A DNA stretch of 64,000 nt from a virus: the IMG/VR virus record IMGVR_UViG_3300022871_000011, positions 1 to 64,000 of that record; one strand, written 5' to 3'. Shown piece by piece: positions 25,511-36,500 of this stretch (position 1 is the stretch's first letter; each line of letters begins with the position of its first letter). The translations under genes were made by a program, and so were the position numbers. The notes beneath the pieces were generated by a model, which was given only the letters and a program-made list of their open reading frames with translations, made no database searches and was not told the origin of the DNA.

Positions 25511-25891
25511 ATGGAAAAGAGATTAACACACTTGAAGCTCAGGAGAGCAATCAAGAACAATAAGAAACTTATTATGACTGGTATATACCAGCCGGGTACA
25601 CTCCATAAGAATATGAGTGACGAGGCTTATCATGAATCCAGGGCTGCCATGTATGACATGTACCCGGAGGCTAAGTCTATCTTCAAGTTTGTGGCAGATA
25701 TGACGGAGCGTAAGACATATAATCCTACGTATCCTTTGAGTGTTCTTAAGCACTTGATCGAAGAGAAATGCGGTGAGGAACTGGTAGACGGAGTTGTGAT
25801 TGCTACTATGCTAGCGCGTGGTTTCAAATGCAACCTTGACATCAGGGACCCACTGTTCAACGTAAGCAGCGCATCACCAGCCCTACAATAG
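25511..25891 (+). CDS. Hypothetical protein
   Basis: GAGGT RBS before ATG 25511. Confidence 0.6.
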   Translation: MEKRLTHLKLRRAIKNNKKLIMTGIYQPGTLHKNMSDEAYHESRAAMYDMYPEAKSIFKFVADMTERKTYNPTYPLSVLKHLIEEKCGEELVDGVVIATMLARGFKCNLDIRDPLFNVSSASPALQ

Positions 25892-25924
25892 GGTTGGCGC
25901 TTTGCGTCTTAACAGGAGGCTTGA

Positions 25925-27967
25925 ATGCTGAAAATAAATCGTATTGTTATTGAGAACTTTTGCCAACATGAGAAGGTTGACTTATCTTTAAATGCTGGTA
26001 TAGTATCATTAACAGGTGTGAATGGCGCCGGTAAGAGCAATCTTATCCGAGCACTATTCTACGGACTCACAGGCGAGGTCCTGGGGTCTGACAAGCGCGA
26101 GGATCTATTGCGCTGGGGCTCTTGTGAAGGGTCCGTTACACTATACGTCACCGATGGTGAACACGATTTTAATATCATCAGAACTATACACAATGGAAAA
26201 CATAAACTAAATTCAACTAAATACGGCAAGCTCAGTAAGAAATCAGAAGTAAATGAGTTAATTTCTTCCCTCATCGGACTCGATGTTAAGCTTCTCGGAC
26301 AGGTAGTATTCGTACCACAAGGTAAACTTGATGATCTGCTCAAAACAGAACATAGTGATCGCGTACGTACCTTCAATAGATTGTTTGGATTAGATGCTGC
26401 AGAGAAACACCGCGATGTATTGCAGGCGTTTAAAGGCAAGATCATCAACTATCCAGACAGAGAAGCAGAGGTCAAAGAAGATGTGGAGAAAGTAGCTGAA
26501 TGCAAAGAACTACTAGATCACGTGAAAAAAGAACAAACAGAGATTAGTGAGATCATGGAAGGTCTCGAGACACAGCGCCCGCTCTTCGAGAGTGCATTGC
26601 TTGCACCCTCCTATGAAGAAGTCCATAAACTCTTGGACGAGAAGACGGAAGCACACAGGCTATTGGATGTACAGTTAGGTGAAAAACAAATCGAACTGGA
26701 AACCATGCCTGAACAAGCTGTCCAAATCTCTGAAGAAGAGACTCGCAGAGCCCATGCGGCTACTAACCTTAATATCCTGCACGAACAATGTGTAGCTGTA
26801 CATGATTCCCTCGAAGCCTTCGACAGACAGGTTCCAAAGTTGGAGCCTCGCGTACACACGGAAGACCAGATAAAACAGACCCAGGACAGGCTGACTGATT
26901 TTCAGAAGAAGTACGACTTAGCGAAGGAAGGCAAGTGCCAGGAATGTGAACAGCCCTACATAATGACTCCGGAGGATATCCAGACTCTTACAGGCCTACT
27001 GAATAACACTAAGGATGAGTATAGGAAACTCACTGATGTAGAATCACAGTACAAGGCTACAGAGGCTAGGTATACCCTAGAGTATGAGGCATGGGCAGAA
27101 GGACAGCGTCATGTGATGGCTGAGAAGGAGGCCCTTGAGAAGCAGTACGAGGATGCACAGGAATTGGCTAAGGGCTTTGATCTAGAAGCATATAATGAGA
27201 AACGCAACCAACTTGATGAATATCATAAATTCGCTATGGTCAGACAACAGCTCCAAGCTGATATAATGGCTATTAAACCAGCGATGGGCAAGGTGGTTGC
27301 AGAAATAGAGATGGCAGCACAGCAGCAGGAGGCTGCAGTTACTGTTGAGATTAAGAAGCGAGCTGAGGACGTGCTCACTAAGATGAACGTCTTCTCAGAG
27401 CGCAGGACAGCACTCGAGTTGCAGGAAGCATCACTGAACACAGCCCTTATTATGAGTCAGGATCGTCTGACTAAGGCTCAAGCAGAGAATGCAGCACACG
27501 AGAGTAACACGAAGGCTACAATACTATTCGAAAGGGCTAGAGAAGTACTACACCCTGACATGCTGCCTAAGATGACAGCTAGACAGGCTATCGGGTGCTT
27601 TAATAAGCTTATCGGTAAGTATCTTGCCTTATTCCATACACCGTTCACACTTAAGTTGAACAATGATATGGACTTTAGATGTGGGTTCTCCGGTAAGGAA
27701 GACGCATCTATCACAGCCTTGTCAGGGGGTCAGCGAGTAGTCGCAGCACTGACAACACGTTTCGCACTTATGGAGATGTTAACATATGGTTGTGGCTTAC
27801 TTGTACTAGATGAACCTACCGCATATCTGGACACTGATAATATCCGTGCCCTCTTAGATGTGCTTAAAGAAGCGAGCGCACATGTAGAGTCACATGGAAT
27901 AACTGTGATTGTACCTACCCACGAAGAGGTAGTAGCGACAGCTTGTACGGAGGCGATTACTGTATGA
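25925..27967 (+). CDS. sbcC: SbcC/Rad50-like SMC ATPase
   Basis: GVNGAGKS, PQG Q-loop, CQEC zinc hook, LSGGQR signature, LVLDEPT, H-loop. Confidence 0.92.
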   Translation: MLKINRIVIENFCQHEKVDLSLNAGIVSLTGVNGAGKSNLIRALFYGLTGEVLGSDKREDLLRWGSCEGSVTLYVTDGEHDFNIIRTIHNGKHKLNSTKYGKLSKKSEVNELISSLIGLDVKLLGQVVFVPQGKLDDLLKTEHSDRVRTFNRLFGLDAAEKHRDVLQAFKGKIINYPDREAEVKEDVEKVAECKELLDHVKKEQTEISEIMEGLETQRPLFESALLAPSYEEVHKLLDEKTEAHRLLDVQLGEKQIELETMPEQAVQISEEETRRAHAATNLNILHEQCVAVHDSLEAFDRQVPKLEPRVHTEDQIKQTQDRLTDFQKKYDLAKEGKCQECEQPYIMTPEDIQTLTGLLNNTKDEYRKLTDVESQYKATEARYTLEYEAWAEGQRHVMAEKEALEKQYEDAQELAKGFDLEAYNEKRNQLDEYHKFAMVRQQLQADIMAIKPAMGKVVAEIEMAAQQQEAAVTVEIKKRAEDVLTKMNVFSERRTALELQEASLNTALIMSQDRLTKAQAENAAHESNTKATILFERAREVLHPDMLPKMTARQAIGCFNKLIGKYLALFHTPFTLKLNNDMDFRCGFSGKEDASITALSGGQRVVAALTTRFALMEMLTYGCGLLVLDEPTAYLDTDNIRALLDVLKEASAHVESHGITVIVPTHEEVVATACTEAITV

Positions 27968-30471
27968 GTCACTACACATTAAAACGTAACGGAGCACTTT
28001 ACTCAATATCACCATGGGATCCTTTGCTGGGTCCATTGATGACCTATACGCTCCGTGAATTTGAATTCGCTGCACACAAGGCGAAACCAACATTCACTGA
28101 AGAAGAATTATATAGCGTACAACCAGATGGACAGACAGCAGTCTTCCCCTCAGGCCTCTATCAGCGGGTAGTTAAAAACCTAAAGAAGAGAGGACATACG
28201 TATGAAGTAGAAGATTACAGGGACTTGGCAGCTCTTATGCCGGCTCCTGATTTCACAAAAGTAGACGAACTACGCAGAGGGCAGGATAAGATCCTCCTTG
28301 CAGTGGCCGGACAAGATGGTGGTCTTTTGGTAGGCGGTACAGGACTTGGTAAATCATTTTTGATAGTCCAGATCTGTAAAATGTATCCCGATCTGAAGAT
28401 CGTTGTAGTGTCCCCACGTAAACCTGTCGTAGAAACGCTTTACGAGGGCCTTACAGAAGCTTTAGGCTTCGTAGCGGTCGGACAGGTAGGTGGAGGCAAG
28501 GTGCAGACAGACAGGCGCGTAACGGTCTCTACGGTGAAATCTATATTAAAGGCCCCTATACAGGATTGTGACCTACTCTTATTTGATGAGGTACATGCTG
28601 TAGGGCGAAACCAAATAGGCGACAAACTGGCCTATGTAGCGAAGGGTAGAAAGTTTGGATTTACTGCAACCCCGGAAGGACGTGGTGACAACGCAGAGCT
28701 GGTCATTGAAGCTTTATTCGGACCAATACTCGTTGACATACCGTATGAGGATGCTATAAAGGATGGACTGGTAACACCTATTGAGGTGCATAAGTATCCA
28801 GTAAGGTCCTCGGCTGCCTTTAATACCGACGGTGCAATTGTAACTAAAAAACGTCATGGATATTGGCGCAATACATCTAGAAATGAGACGATGGCTGCTG
28901 TAGCTCGCATGTACCCTGAAGATGAACAGGTACTTATTATGGTCGAGACACTAGAGCATGCTATCTATTTACATAAGTTATTACCCGAGTTCTCAGTTGT
29001 ACACTGTGGCGGGGCTAATAAAAAGACAACTATAGGAGGAGTATCCACTGGTAAATATCGTATGGACGATAAACGCCTTGGGTACTTACGACGACAGTTC
29101 TCTAAAGGAGAGCTAAAAAAGGTGATTTCGACAACCACCTGGCGGGAAGGGGTAATTTTGAATTTGCTCCGTATATTGGAAACAATATATGATAATGCTT
29201 TTAATTGCTGGAAACTCTTGCTCAGCACAGGGTGCACCAAGACAATCAGCAGCGAAGTTTTAGTTTGATAGATTGACAAGAACCACAACATGGAGTATGT
29301 TATTAATAACGACAAGAAATAACAACCATGGAGATAGTATGAAATTTACACATGAGATCGGAGATATTATAAGAGACCACGAGATACTCGCAGTAGTGCC
29401 TAATAAGCGTTATGCTTATTCAAAACAAAAAGGCAAAACGGTAGGTATAAATGACCCGAGAGTCTCTCTAAGGTGCAGCTGCTGCGGATATGAAAAAACC
29501 GTACACGGCACAAGACTTAAATATATCAGCTGTGATCATGGGCCCTGCCACCCACGTTTTGTGGACATAGCAGGCCACCGCTTTGGTAAGTTAGTTGCCC
29601 TCGAGTATGTAAATACAGAGGAGGACAAGAACCGGCAGTGGAAGTGGCTTTGTAAGTGTGACTGCGGTGCTACTGAGATAATCTCCAGAGGATCCCTTAT
29701 GGCAACTAAGAAGAGTTGCAGGAACTGTATGTATGGCAGAGTAGGGGACCATAATAGATTACCAAAGGAGCAGGCAGCATGGAATAGATTAGAAAGAGAG
29801 TATATAAGAAATGCAGGCAATAGAGGATATGCTTGGGAATTAACGACAACTCACTTTCGTATTTTATGCGAAGCGTCATGCTATTACTGTGGAACCCCTC
29901 CTCTTCTGAGAGAGCATAGAAATATGATTTGTAACGGAATAGATCGATTGGATAATACCAAAGGGTATACCATTGATAATTCTGTGCCTTGTTGTAAGAT
30001 ATGTAACCTGATGAAGAGGGACTATACTAAGGATGGTTTTATTAGCCACCTCTTTAAAATAGTGCAATATCAAACTAAAGAACGTTCATCGACTATCCCG
30101 GAAGGGAGTACACCTAAGCAGGTGGAAATGGAGCAAACCCTAGCAGGTAATGCTGAGGGTTAAGATATAGTCAGATCTCATGGGTGACCATGAGCAGCAC
30201 CTAGAGGTGCGGATTAAGCCTAGCGAGCTTGGTTGAACATAAATGAGATTTCCCGAATTTAGCCGTTTTAATAAGGGCCGACGGTATGACCAGCCCAATC
30301 GCCAGCAATCAGATCCCGGGTAGACTGTCGCGTTTAGCAGATGGTAAAACCTGTGGGATACTAGTTGACATGGGAGATGAGTTCTCTACGTGGTCCGAAC
30401 GAAGGGCTAAGGAGAGACACGCCATCTATCGTAAGACAGGCTGGAGAGTTGTTAACAAGGAGCTAACTTGA
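27964..30471 (+). CDS. Superfamily 2 (UvsW-like) helicase; exons 27964-29153 and 30246-30471
   Basis: GTGLGKS, DEVH, TATPE; splicing restores WREGV-DFPNL (motif V) and QIPGRLSR (motif VI). Confidence 0.88.
29154..30245 (+). mobile_element. Group I intron in the helicase gene
   Basis: exon ends in U (GGGGT pairs with GCTCC); P AATTGCTGGAAA, Q AATCAGCAG, R GTTCATCGACTA, S AAGATATAGTC; terminal G. Confidence 0.9.
29339..30163 (+). CDS. Intron-encoded HNH-type homing endonuclease
   Basis: GHRFGKL..WLCKCDCG, CYYCG, NGIDRLDNTKGYTIDNSVPCCKICNLMK. Confidence 0.88.
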   Translation: MKFTHEIGDIIRDHEILAVVPNKRYAYSKQKGKTVGINDPRVSLRCSCCGYEKTVHGTRLKYISCDHGPCHPRFVDIAGHRFGKLVALEYVNTEEDKNRQWKWLCKCDCGATEIISRGSLMATKKSCRNCMYGRVGDHNRLPKEQAAWNRLEREYIRNAGNRGYAWELTTTHFRILCEASCYYCGTPPLLREHRNMICNGIDRLDNTKGYTIDNSVPCCKICNLMKRDYTKDGFISHLFKIVQYQTKERSSTIPEGSTPKQVEMEQTLAGNAEG

Positions 30472-30989
30472 ACATAGAAGTAAGAGAAACAATAAGAGAT
30501 GTGGCCAGGTTCTACTTCGGTAACGAAGCGCTGGGCTGGGATAAATCCCTTGAGGCACTAGGCAAACGTCTGGATGCTATTCAGGTCTCTTATTATGAAT
30601 ACTTTGCTTATTTGATTAACAAGTATGCTGATACGGCGCGGTATAGAAACACGCGCACTAGTGAACGAATATTTGATAGATTCGCAGACTACAAGAAAGA
30701 CCTGATCCGACACGCAGAACTGAATGCGTACTTGGACATAGAGAACTTTGAGGCCCACATCAATTTGAAGGAGGAACCGAAAGATATCCTCTTAGATGAG
30801 ACTGTGGAACTCACACCTCTATTTAAGTACGTTATGGCTTTAACACTGGGACTCTACGGTATAGCACCGCAGTTCCAGGATAAGGCTGTGCTTCAGCTAA
30901 AGGAGAACACGGAGTACTTCCGGACGTTCGCCAAGTTTCGACATGTATTTCCTGTAAAACAGGAGGAAATCATAAGTGACAAGACATGA
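30468..30989 (+). CDS. Hypothetical protein in the replication operon
   Basis: TTG start, AAGGAG RBS, coupled to neighbours. Confidence 0.7.
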   Translation: MNIEVRETIRDVARFYFGNEALGWDKSLEALGKRLDAIQVSYYEYFAYLINKYADTARYRNTRTSERIFDRFADYKKDLIRHAELNAYLDIENFEAHINLKEEPKDILLDETVELTPLFKYVMALTLGLYGIAPQFQDKAVLQLKENTEYFRTFAKFRHVFPVKQEEIISDKT

Positions 30990-32418
30990 GAATACGTTAC
31001 TACTGATGTGTCTGGCCCATCATGATAAGCTTCTCCAGGAGGCTATCACTAAGACTGGGACACACCCTCTGTTTGATAATCTTGTGGATCCTTGCTCTAC
31101 TTTCATATGGACAGTATTGAGAGACTGTAGGATGGACACCAACAGTTACCCAACTAGACCATTGATAGAACTTGAAGTTAATGGCAGGCTTGACATGATG
31201 TTAGGCTTCGAAGACAGCTTTAAGGAGCAGGTACGAGATACGGTCAACAACATATATTCTATAGGCAAGGAGAATACATCCGTGGAAATCGGACGTACGT
31301 TCCTTGAAGCAGCACTGCAGGAATTATTGACAAGTGACTGGGCGGATAAGATCCACCAGTTGGGTACCATCGACGAGATGCGTAAGTACGTCAATGAAGT
31401 TACAGCCGATATGGCATCTCTGGCATGCGACGGACAGGCTTTGTCTAAGCCGTTGCAGAACCCGGAAGCCTATCTAGTTAGGAAAGTACGCTCTATCTTC
31501 GGAGTGCGTGTACTGGACTTAGCGACAGGTGGAGGCCTAGCACCGGGAGAAGTCCTGGGATTGCTTGGACCCACAGGTGGTGGTAAGACTGTGTTAGCTG
31601 TAGGAATGTTATGCGAGCGAGCCTTAAGAGGTAAGCACGTAATGTTGGCATCGTATGAGCAGAAGACCGAAGGTGATGTCATGGAAAGGATTTGTACTTA
31701 CATGACTAAAGAGAATATTGATAACTTCAGAGACAAAGCCTATGCGGAACTAGACCAGGACCTAAAGGATAAGGTTGAGGAACAGAAGTCCAAGTATGGC
31801 CAGTTCGTAACAGTTCTAGACCTGGCTCAGGGTAACCGAGGTACAGGCGGAGCAGAAGAAGTGACACAATATATCGAAGAACAGATAGAGGCTGGAGAGA
31901 AACCTACGTTGGTCATTATTGACTGGCTTGGGTCCATGATCCAGAGATATCTCGCCGAGAACGGCCTAGCAAGTGATCAATACAGACACGTTGGACATCA
32001 GTTCATTGATAAATTAAGCGGCCACGCCCGCCAACACGGCTACAGTGTGGTTATAAATCATCAGCTGCGTACGGATGCAGCCAGAAGCAGTGCTTATAGC
32101 AAACCTAAGGTTACTGATGCTTTCGAGTTCAGGGCCTTCTCATTCTTTATGGATGGGTGCTTATGCCTCGGTACTCTGGATACAGATACTAAGGTAGGGT
32201 GGCTGTGTATGGATAAGTTCCGTCGTGGTGCAACTAATGACTTAATGGTTAGGCTGGACGGAGAGCATGTGCGCTTCGAACCCGCTACAGGATATGTAAC
32301 AGACCACAGAGGTAAGTTCATTGAGGCAGAGGCAGCACCGCCTGATGTTGATGAGGAAATACAGAATAGTAAAACAACAATAAATGAGGAGTTGCAGCAA
32401 GCATATAAAACAACATGA
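30976..32418 (+). CDS. DnaB-like (SF4) replicative helicase
   Basis: GPTGGGKT, SYEQ, LVIIDW, NHQL, KFRRG; next to primase. Confidence 0.85.
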   Translation: MTRHENTLLLMCLAHHDKLLQEAITKTGTHPLFDNLVDPCSTFIWTVLRDCRMDTNSYPTRPLIELEVNGRLDMMLGFEDSFKEQVRDTVNNIYSIGKENTSVEIGRTFLEAALQELLTSDWADKIHQLGTIDEMRKYVNEVTADMASLACDGQALSKPLQNPEAYLVRKVRSIFGVRVLDLATGGGLAPGEVLGLLGPTGGGKTVLAVGMLCERALRGKHVMLASYEQKTEGDVMERICTYMTKENIDNFRDKAYAELDQDLKDKVEEQKSKYGQFVTVLDLAQGNRGTGGAEEVTQYIEEQIEAGEKPTLVIIDWLGSMIQRYLAENGLASDQYRHVGHQFIDKLSGHARQHGYSVVINHQLRTDAARSSAYSKPKVTDAFEFRAFSFFMDGCLCLGTLDTDTKVGWLCMDKFRRGATNDLMVRLDGEHVRFEPATGYVTDHRGKFIEAEAAPPDVDEEIQNSKTTINEELQQAYKTT

Positions 32419-33521
32419 GAAATGTGCAACTATACAATGCGTTAGTTCGCGTCTTCAAAGAAGTAAGAATCGCGAACGAGGACGAAGCAGCAGTGTTCAG
32501 AGCCCCGAGGCTTTCAGCAGTGCAGAATCGTTTGAAGAACAAGTATAAGGATCGTAAAGACCTTATGCCTGAACGTGTCTTTGGTGGCGAACAATACCAA
32601 GTATGCTGCCCTTATTGTGGTGATAACAGGTATAGGCTATATATAAGTCATGCCTGGGATCGTCATATGAAAGATGAGGATGGTAAGATGATCTATGCCG
32701 GCAAGAGAGCTATGTGTCATAATGAGCAGTGTCTGGATAACTTGGATAACTTCCGTAATTTGGATGCCAAGCTACTACAGAACACTAACTCACAAGACTA
32801 TGTTCCCTTGGCCTGCTCTACTAATGTAGAAGCATTCAGGCATAGAACGGTACAGCTACCACCGGTGACACCTTTAAATGACCCGAGCGTCCCAGAGGAC
32901 ATTCAGGCATACGTAACAAATAGAGGCTACGACTTAGATGAGTTGACTAATGGATGGGGAGTAGGTGTCGGTGACATCTGGTTCTATCCTAAGCCTTCAT
33001 TAATATTTCCTATTGTACAGAATGGCGTGCGTAAATGTTGGCAGGCTAGGTACACAGGAGAAGACTTTAAAGCTTTGGGTAAACCAAAGTACTATTGGCC
33101 TACAGGCGTCAAGAAGTCCTGGTTACTCTACAACATGGATATGGCTAAGCTGTATCCGGGTGTAGTACTGACCGAGGGGGTCCTAGACGCGATCAAAATT
33201 GGCCCTGTGGGGACGTGCATGTTCGGAAAAATTCCGTCGGCTCACCAAGAGCAGCTATTAGCTACGCACTGGAAAAACAGTACGTTAGTATGGATTCCGG
33301 ATGAAGATGATCCGCAAAGTATTAAGACTGCGGAGGAATATACAGAGAAGTGGAACAGAAAAGGACTCTTCAGGGAAGGTGCACACGTCGTACGTCTTCC
33401 TAGCGGAGACCCGGGTGACCACTCTAGGAGGGATTTGTGGAATTTGATTGTGGACAAAGCGCCATCACTGTCCAGGTTCGCGGACGGACGTACCCAGTCA
33501 GAATCTGGAATGGTAGGGTAG
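32415..33521 (+). CDS. DNA primase (Zn finger + TOPRIM)
   Basis: CPYC...CHNEQC, WQARY, PKYY, LTEGVLDA, IPDEDD, GDPGD. Confidence 0.85.
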   Translation: MRNVQLYNALVRVFKEVRIANEDEAAVFRAPRLSAVQNRLKNKYKDRKDLMPERVFGGEQYQVCCPYCGDNRYRLYISHAWDRHMKDEDGKMIYAGKRAMCHNEQCLDNLDNFRNLDAKLLQNTNSQDYVPLACSTNVEAFRHRTVQLPPVTPLNDPSVPEDIQAYVTNRGYDLDELTNGWGVGVGDIWFYPKPSLIFPIVQNGVRKCWQARYTGEDFKALGKPKYYWPTGVKKSWLLYNMDMAKLYPGVVLTEGVLDAIKIGPVGTCMFGKIPSAHQEQLLATHWKNSTLVWIPDEDDPQSIKTAEEYTEKWNRKGLFREGAHVVRLPSGDPGDHSRRDLWNLIVDKAPSLSRFADGRTQSESGMVG

Positions 33522-36500
33522 ATACCCCGCTTGATGGAACTGAATTTGGAGTTGACACGGAGACGCTCTTAATTGAGGGTCCTGTCAAGCTACCGGATAT
33601 GGTAATCATGCAGGTGTTTAATGGTATATCGGTTGACATTGTAACGTGGGATAAGGTTGATCTTTATCTCAGGCTACTGGAGAAGCACAACAAGGAGAAG
33701 ATCCTATTGTACTTCCTTAATGCACCATTTGATATACGTGTGATCAATAGCACGACTCTACACAGAATGTTGGCTAACGATCAAGTAATAGATGTAGGCT
33801 CACGCCATCGTCTTTATAAGTTAGCAACGCAGGGGTACTTCGAAGAACCTGTATCACTGGCTAACCTGTGTCGTCTGTACTTGCACCAGGAGCTAGATAA
33901 GCCTGAGGATATCAGGATGGGCTTCACACGTGATATGGTACTAACAGCAGCGGATGTAAGATATGCAGCATTGGATGCTGTAGTGACACTGCTGATAGCG
34001 AGAGAGATGCCCGAGCAACCAACTGAAGCCTTACAGGCTAAAGCCGACCTTGTACTGGACCTAATAAAAGCAGCCGGTATTAAGGTAGACAAACCAGCTT
34101 GGGATGCTCATAAGCAGAGTATGCAGGACCGTTATGTAGTAGCAGCAGATGTCTTGAGAACCCACGGGTTCGAACCAGACTCCAATGCTAATAAGCCTGG
34201 TACATTACTAGGTAAGTTCTGTAGTGCCATGGGTATCGATGCCCCACCCAAGGTATGGTCAGTGACTAAGCTCAAAGGTATACTATATGTAATGTATGCA
34301 GAGAGCGGAGGCACATTAGAGCATGCCTGTAGTGAACTGAAGATAGCAATGCCAGCCATTGTGGATAAGAAGTTCAAGATGACTAAGAAGAACACCCAGG
34401 ACTTGACTGCTTGTTTAGCCAAGCATGACATGGTGGATCTTATAAGCACACGCAAGAGTAGGCCCTTTACTAAGGTGCTCCTACTCATGGCGGAGCTCAT
34501 GAAAGAAGGCAATACCTATAAGGCTGTAATGGCTGAGACAAGTAAGCAGTACAATGCTGCAGGTGGGTGGGAGGATGACTCCGCTTTTAAAGGCCCCACT
34601 GCATTTGTACAAGACCATCTTAAGAAGCTGCAAGCTGTGCATGGTATAACATTCGCAGAGACACCCGGCGGTAAGATCAAGATGAGCAAGGATGAAGCCT
34701 GGCGTCTTGAGTCAAAGGGTATCAAGGACGAGTTCCTAGAAGCCTACATAGACTATAAGCATATCGAGAAGATCCTCGGTACATATCTTAATGATGAGTT
34801 TATTTATACGGACGGCCGAGTTCATGCCAGATTTAATATCATGGTAAAAACGGGCCGCACGAGTTGTTCAAAACCCAATCTTCAAAACCTGCCTAAGGCA
34901 GACGGCATCCGGGAACTGTTTACAGTTGAGGATGGTAAAGTCATGGTTAGTATTGATTATAATCAGCTGGAACTATGTTCTCTAGCACAACACTGCCATA
35001 AGGAGTATGGTGTAAGTCGTATGAGAGAACTAATAAATGCTGAGATTGATTTACATAGTTGGTTCGCGGGGAGGAAGCTTAGGCATATCACCCCAGAGAA
35101 TGACTATGATGGAACCGAGGTGTCCAGAGTAGGCCTCCTACCTATCCTTAAGAATATAAAGGATACAGAGGATGGAGAACGAAGTAAGGCAAAAGCAGCG
35201 AACTTCGGTCAAAACTGCTTGCTTTTGCCTAAGGAACGTAGTATAGTAGCATAAACTATAGGAGTTATGCTATGAAGAAATGTTTATTTTGTGGGAAAGG
35301 GCCGGTAGCAATAAAATACTGTTCTACGTTATGTAAGAGCAGATACCGGTCGAAACATGTGAGGTATGATAAAGTGTGTGAGTTTTGTGAAAAAGAGTTT
35401 GACACAACAACTAAAGCAACTAGATTCTGTTCCACGAGTTGTGCAGGGAAAGGAACCCCTGTGCCTCTTAAGACATTAATCTGTGTTGATTGTGGTGAAG
35501 AGTTCGAATTCAAAGGCCGCACTAAAAAGCTACGCTGTGGCACTTGCTGGTCCGCCAAGAGATCAGAGCAATCCATGACATATAGATGCCAGAAGGACGC
35601 CTCCATTAAAAGGGGCGCAGGCAGTGGAGGGGCTCAGTTTGCTGAGGCCAATCACATGTGGAACTCCACAGCTAAGTATCATAGGCATGATGGCTATCAC
35701 TACGACTACAGAGCCCGGTGCTTTAAACACTGGATCAAAGCGTGTGTTGTATGTGATAAAGAGGAAGGGCTCATAGATGTTCACCATGTAAACGGTGATA
35801 GGGAGGATGTCTCTTTTGGGAATCTTGTCCCACTATGCCGCAAGTGCCACTCACAGGTACACAAGATAAATAAAGAGCTGGGCTACGATAAGTATGAAGA
35901 AGCCCTATTTGACCACCTATGGAAGGAAGGCCGAAGTAAAATCGCGGAATTAAGCGGGAACCCTACGTCCGATGATAAGGGAATCCGAACCGAAGGCTAA
36001 ACTAAGTTTAGTCAGGGGCAGAGCATAGAAGATGAAATAATTCTTCCACGAGGCCGCGACACAGTAATGTGAAAAGATATGCCGAGCTGCGGTGAAAGCC
36101 GTAGAAGTAGAGGATAAAAAGCCTTTACGATAACAATTGTTTCCAGGTGGTATGGGCGTAAATAGATTCTTAAATGAATCATGGAAGAACGGGATGTATG
36201 ATATGACATACGAGGAAGCACAGGAGCTACGCTCTGCGTGGTTTGATGCCTTCCCCGAAATGGAATTTCATATGAATCCATCGACGTGCTCGGCACCTAA
36301 TGGAGGGGCTGACACAAACATTTATGTGGGACATTCCTTAGCAGGAACATCACGTAAGTATTGCTCGTATAATAGTGCGTGCAATTATCCGTTAAATTGT
36401 AGCGGATAAAAAATGAGGTGAATTCATGGGAAGCCAACTTGACAAATTAGCTTGTAACACGTATTGTAGTTACAAGCTGAAGGTGATCATGAGCCAAGCT

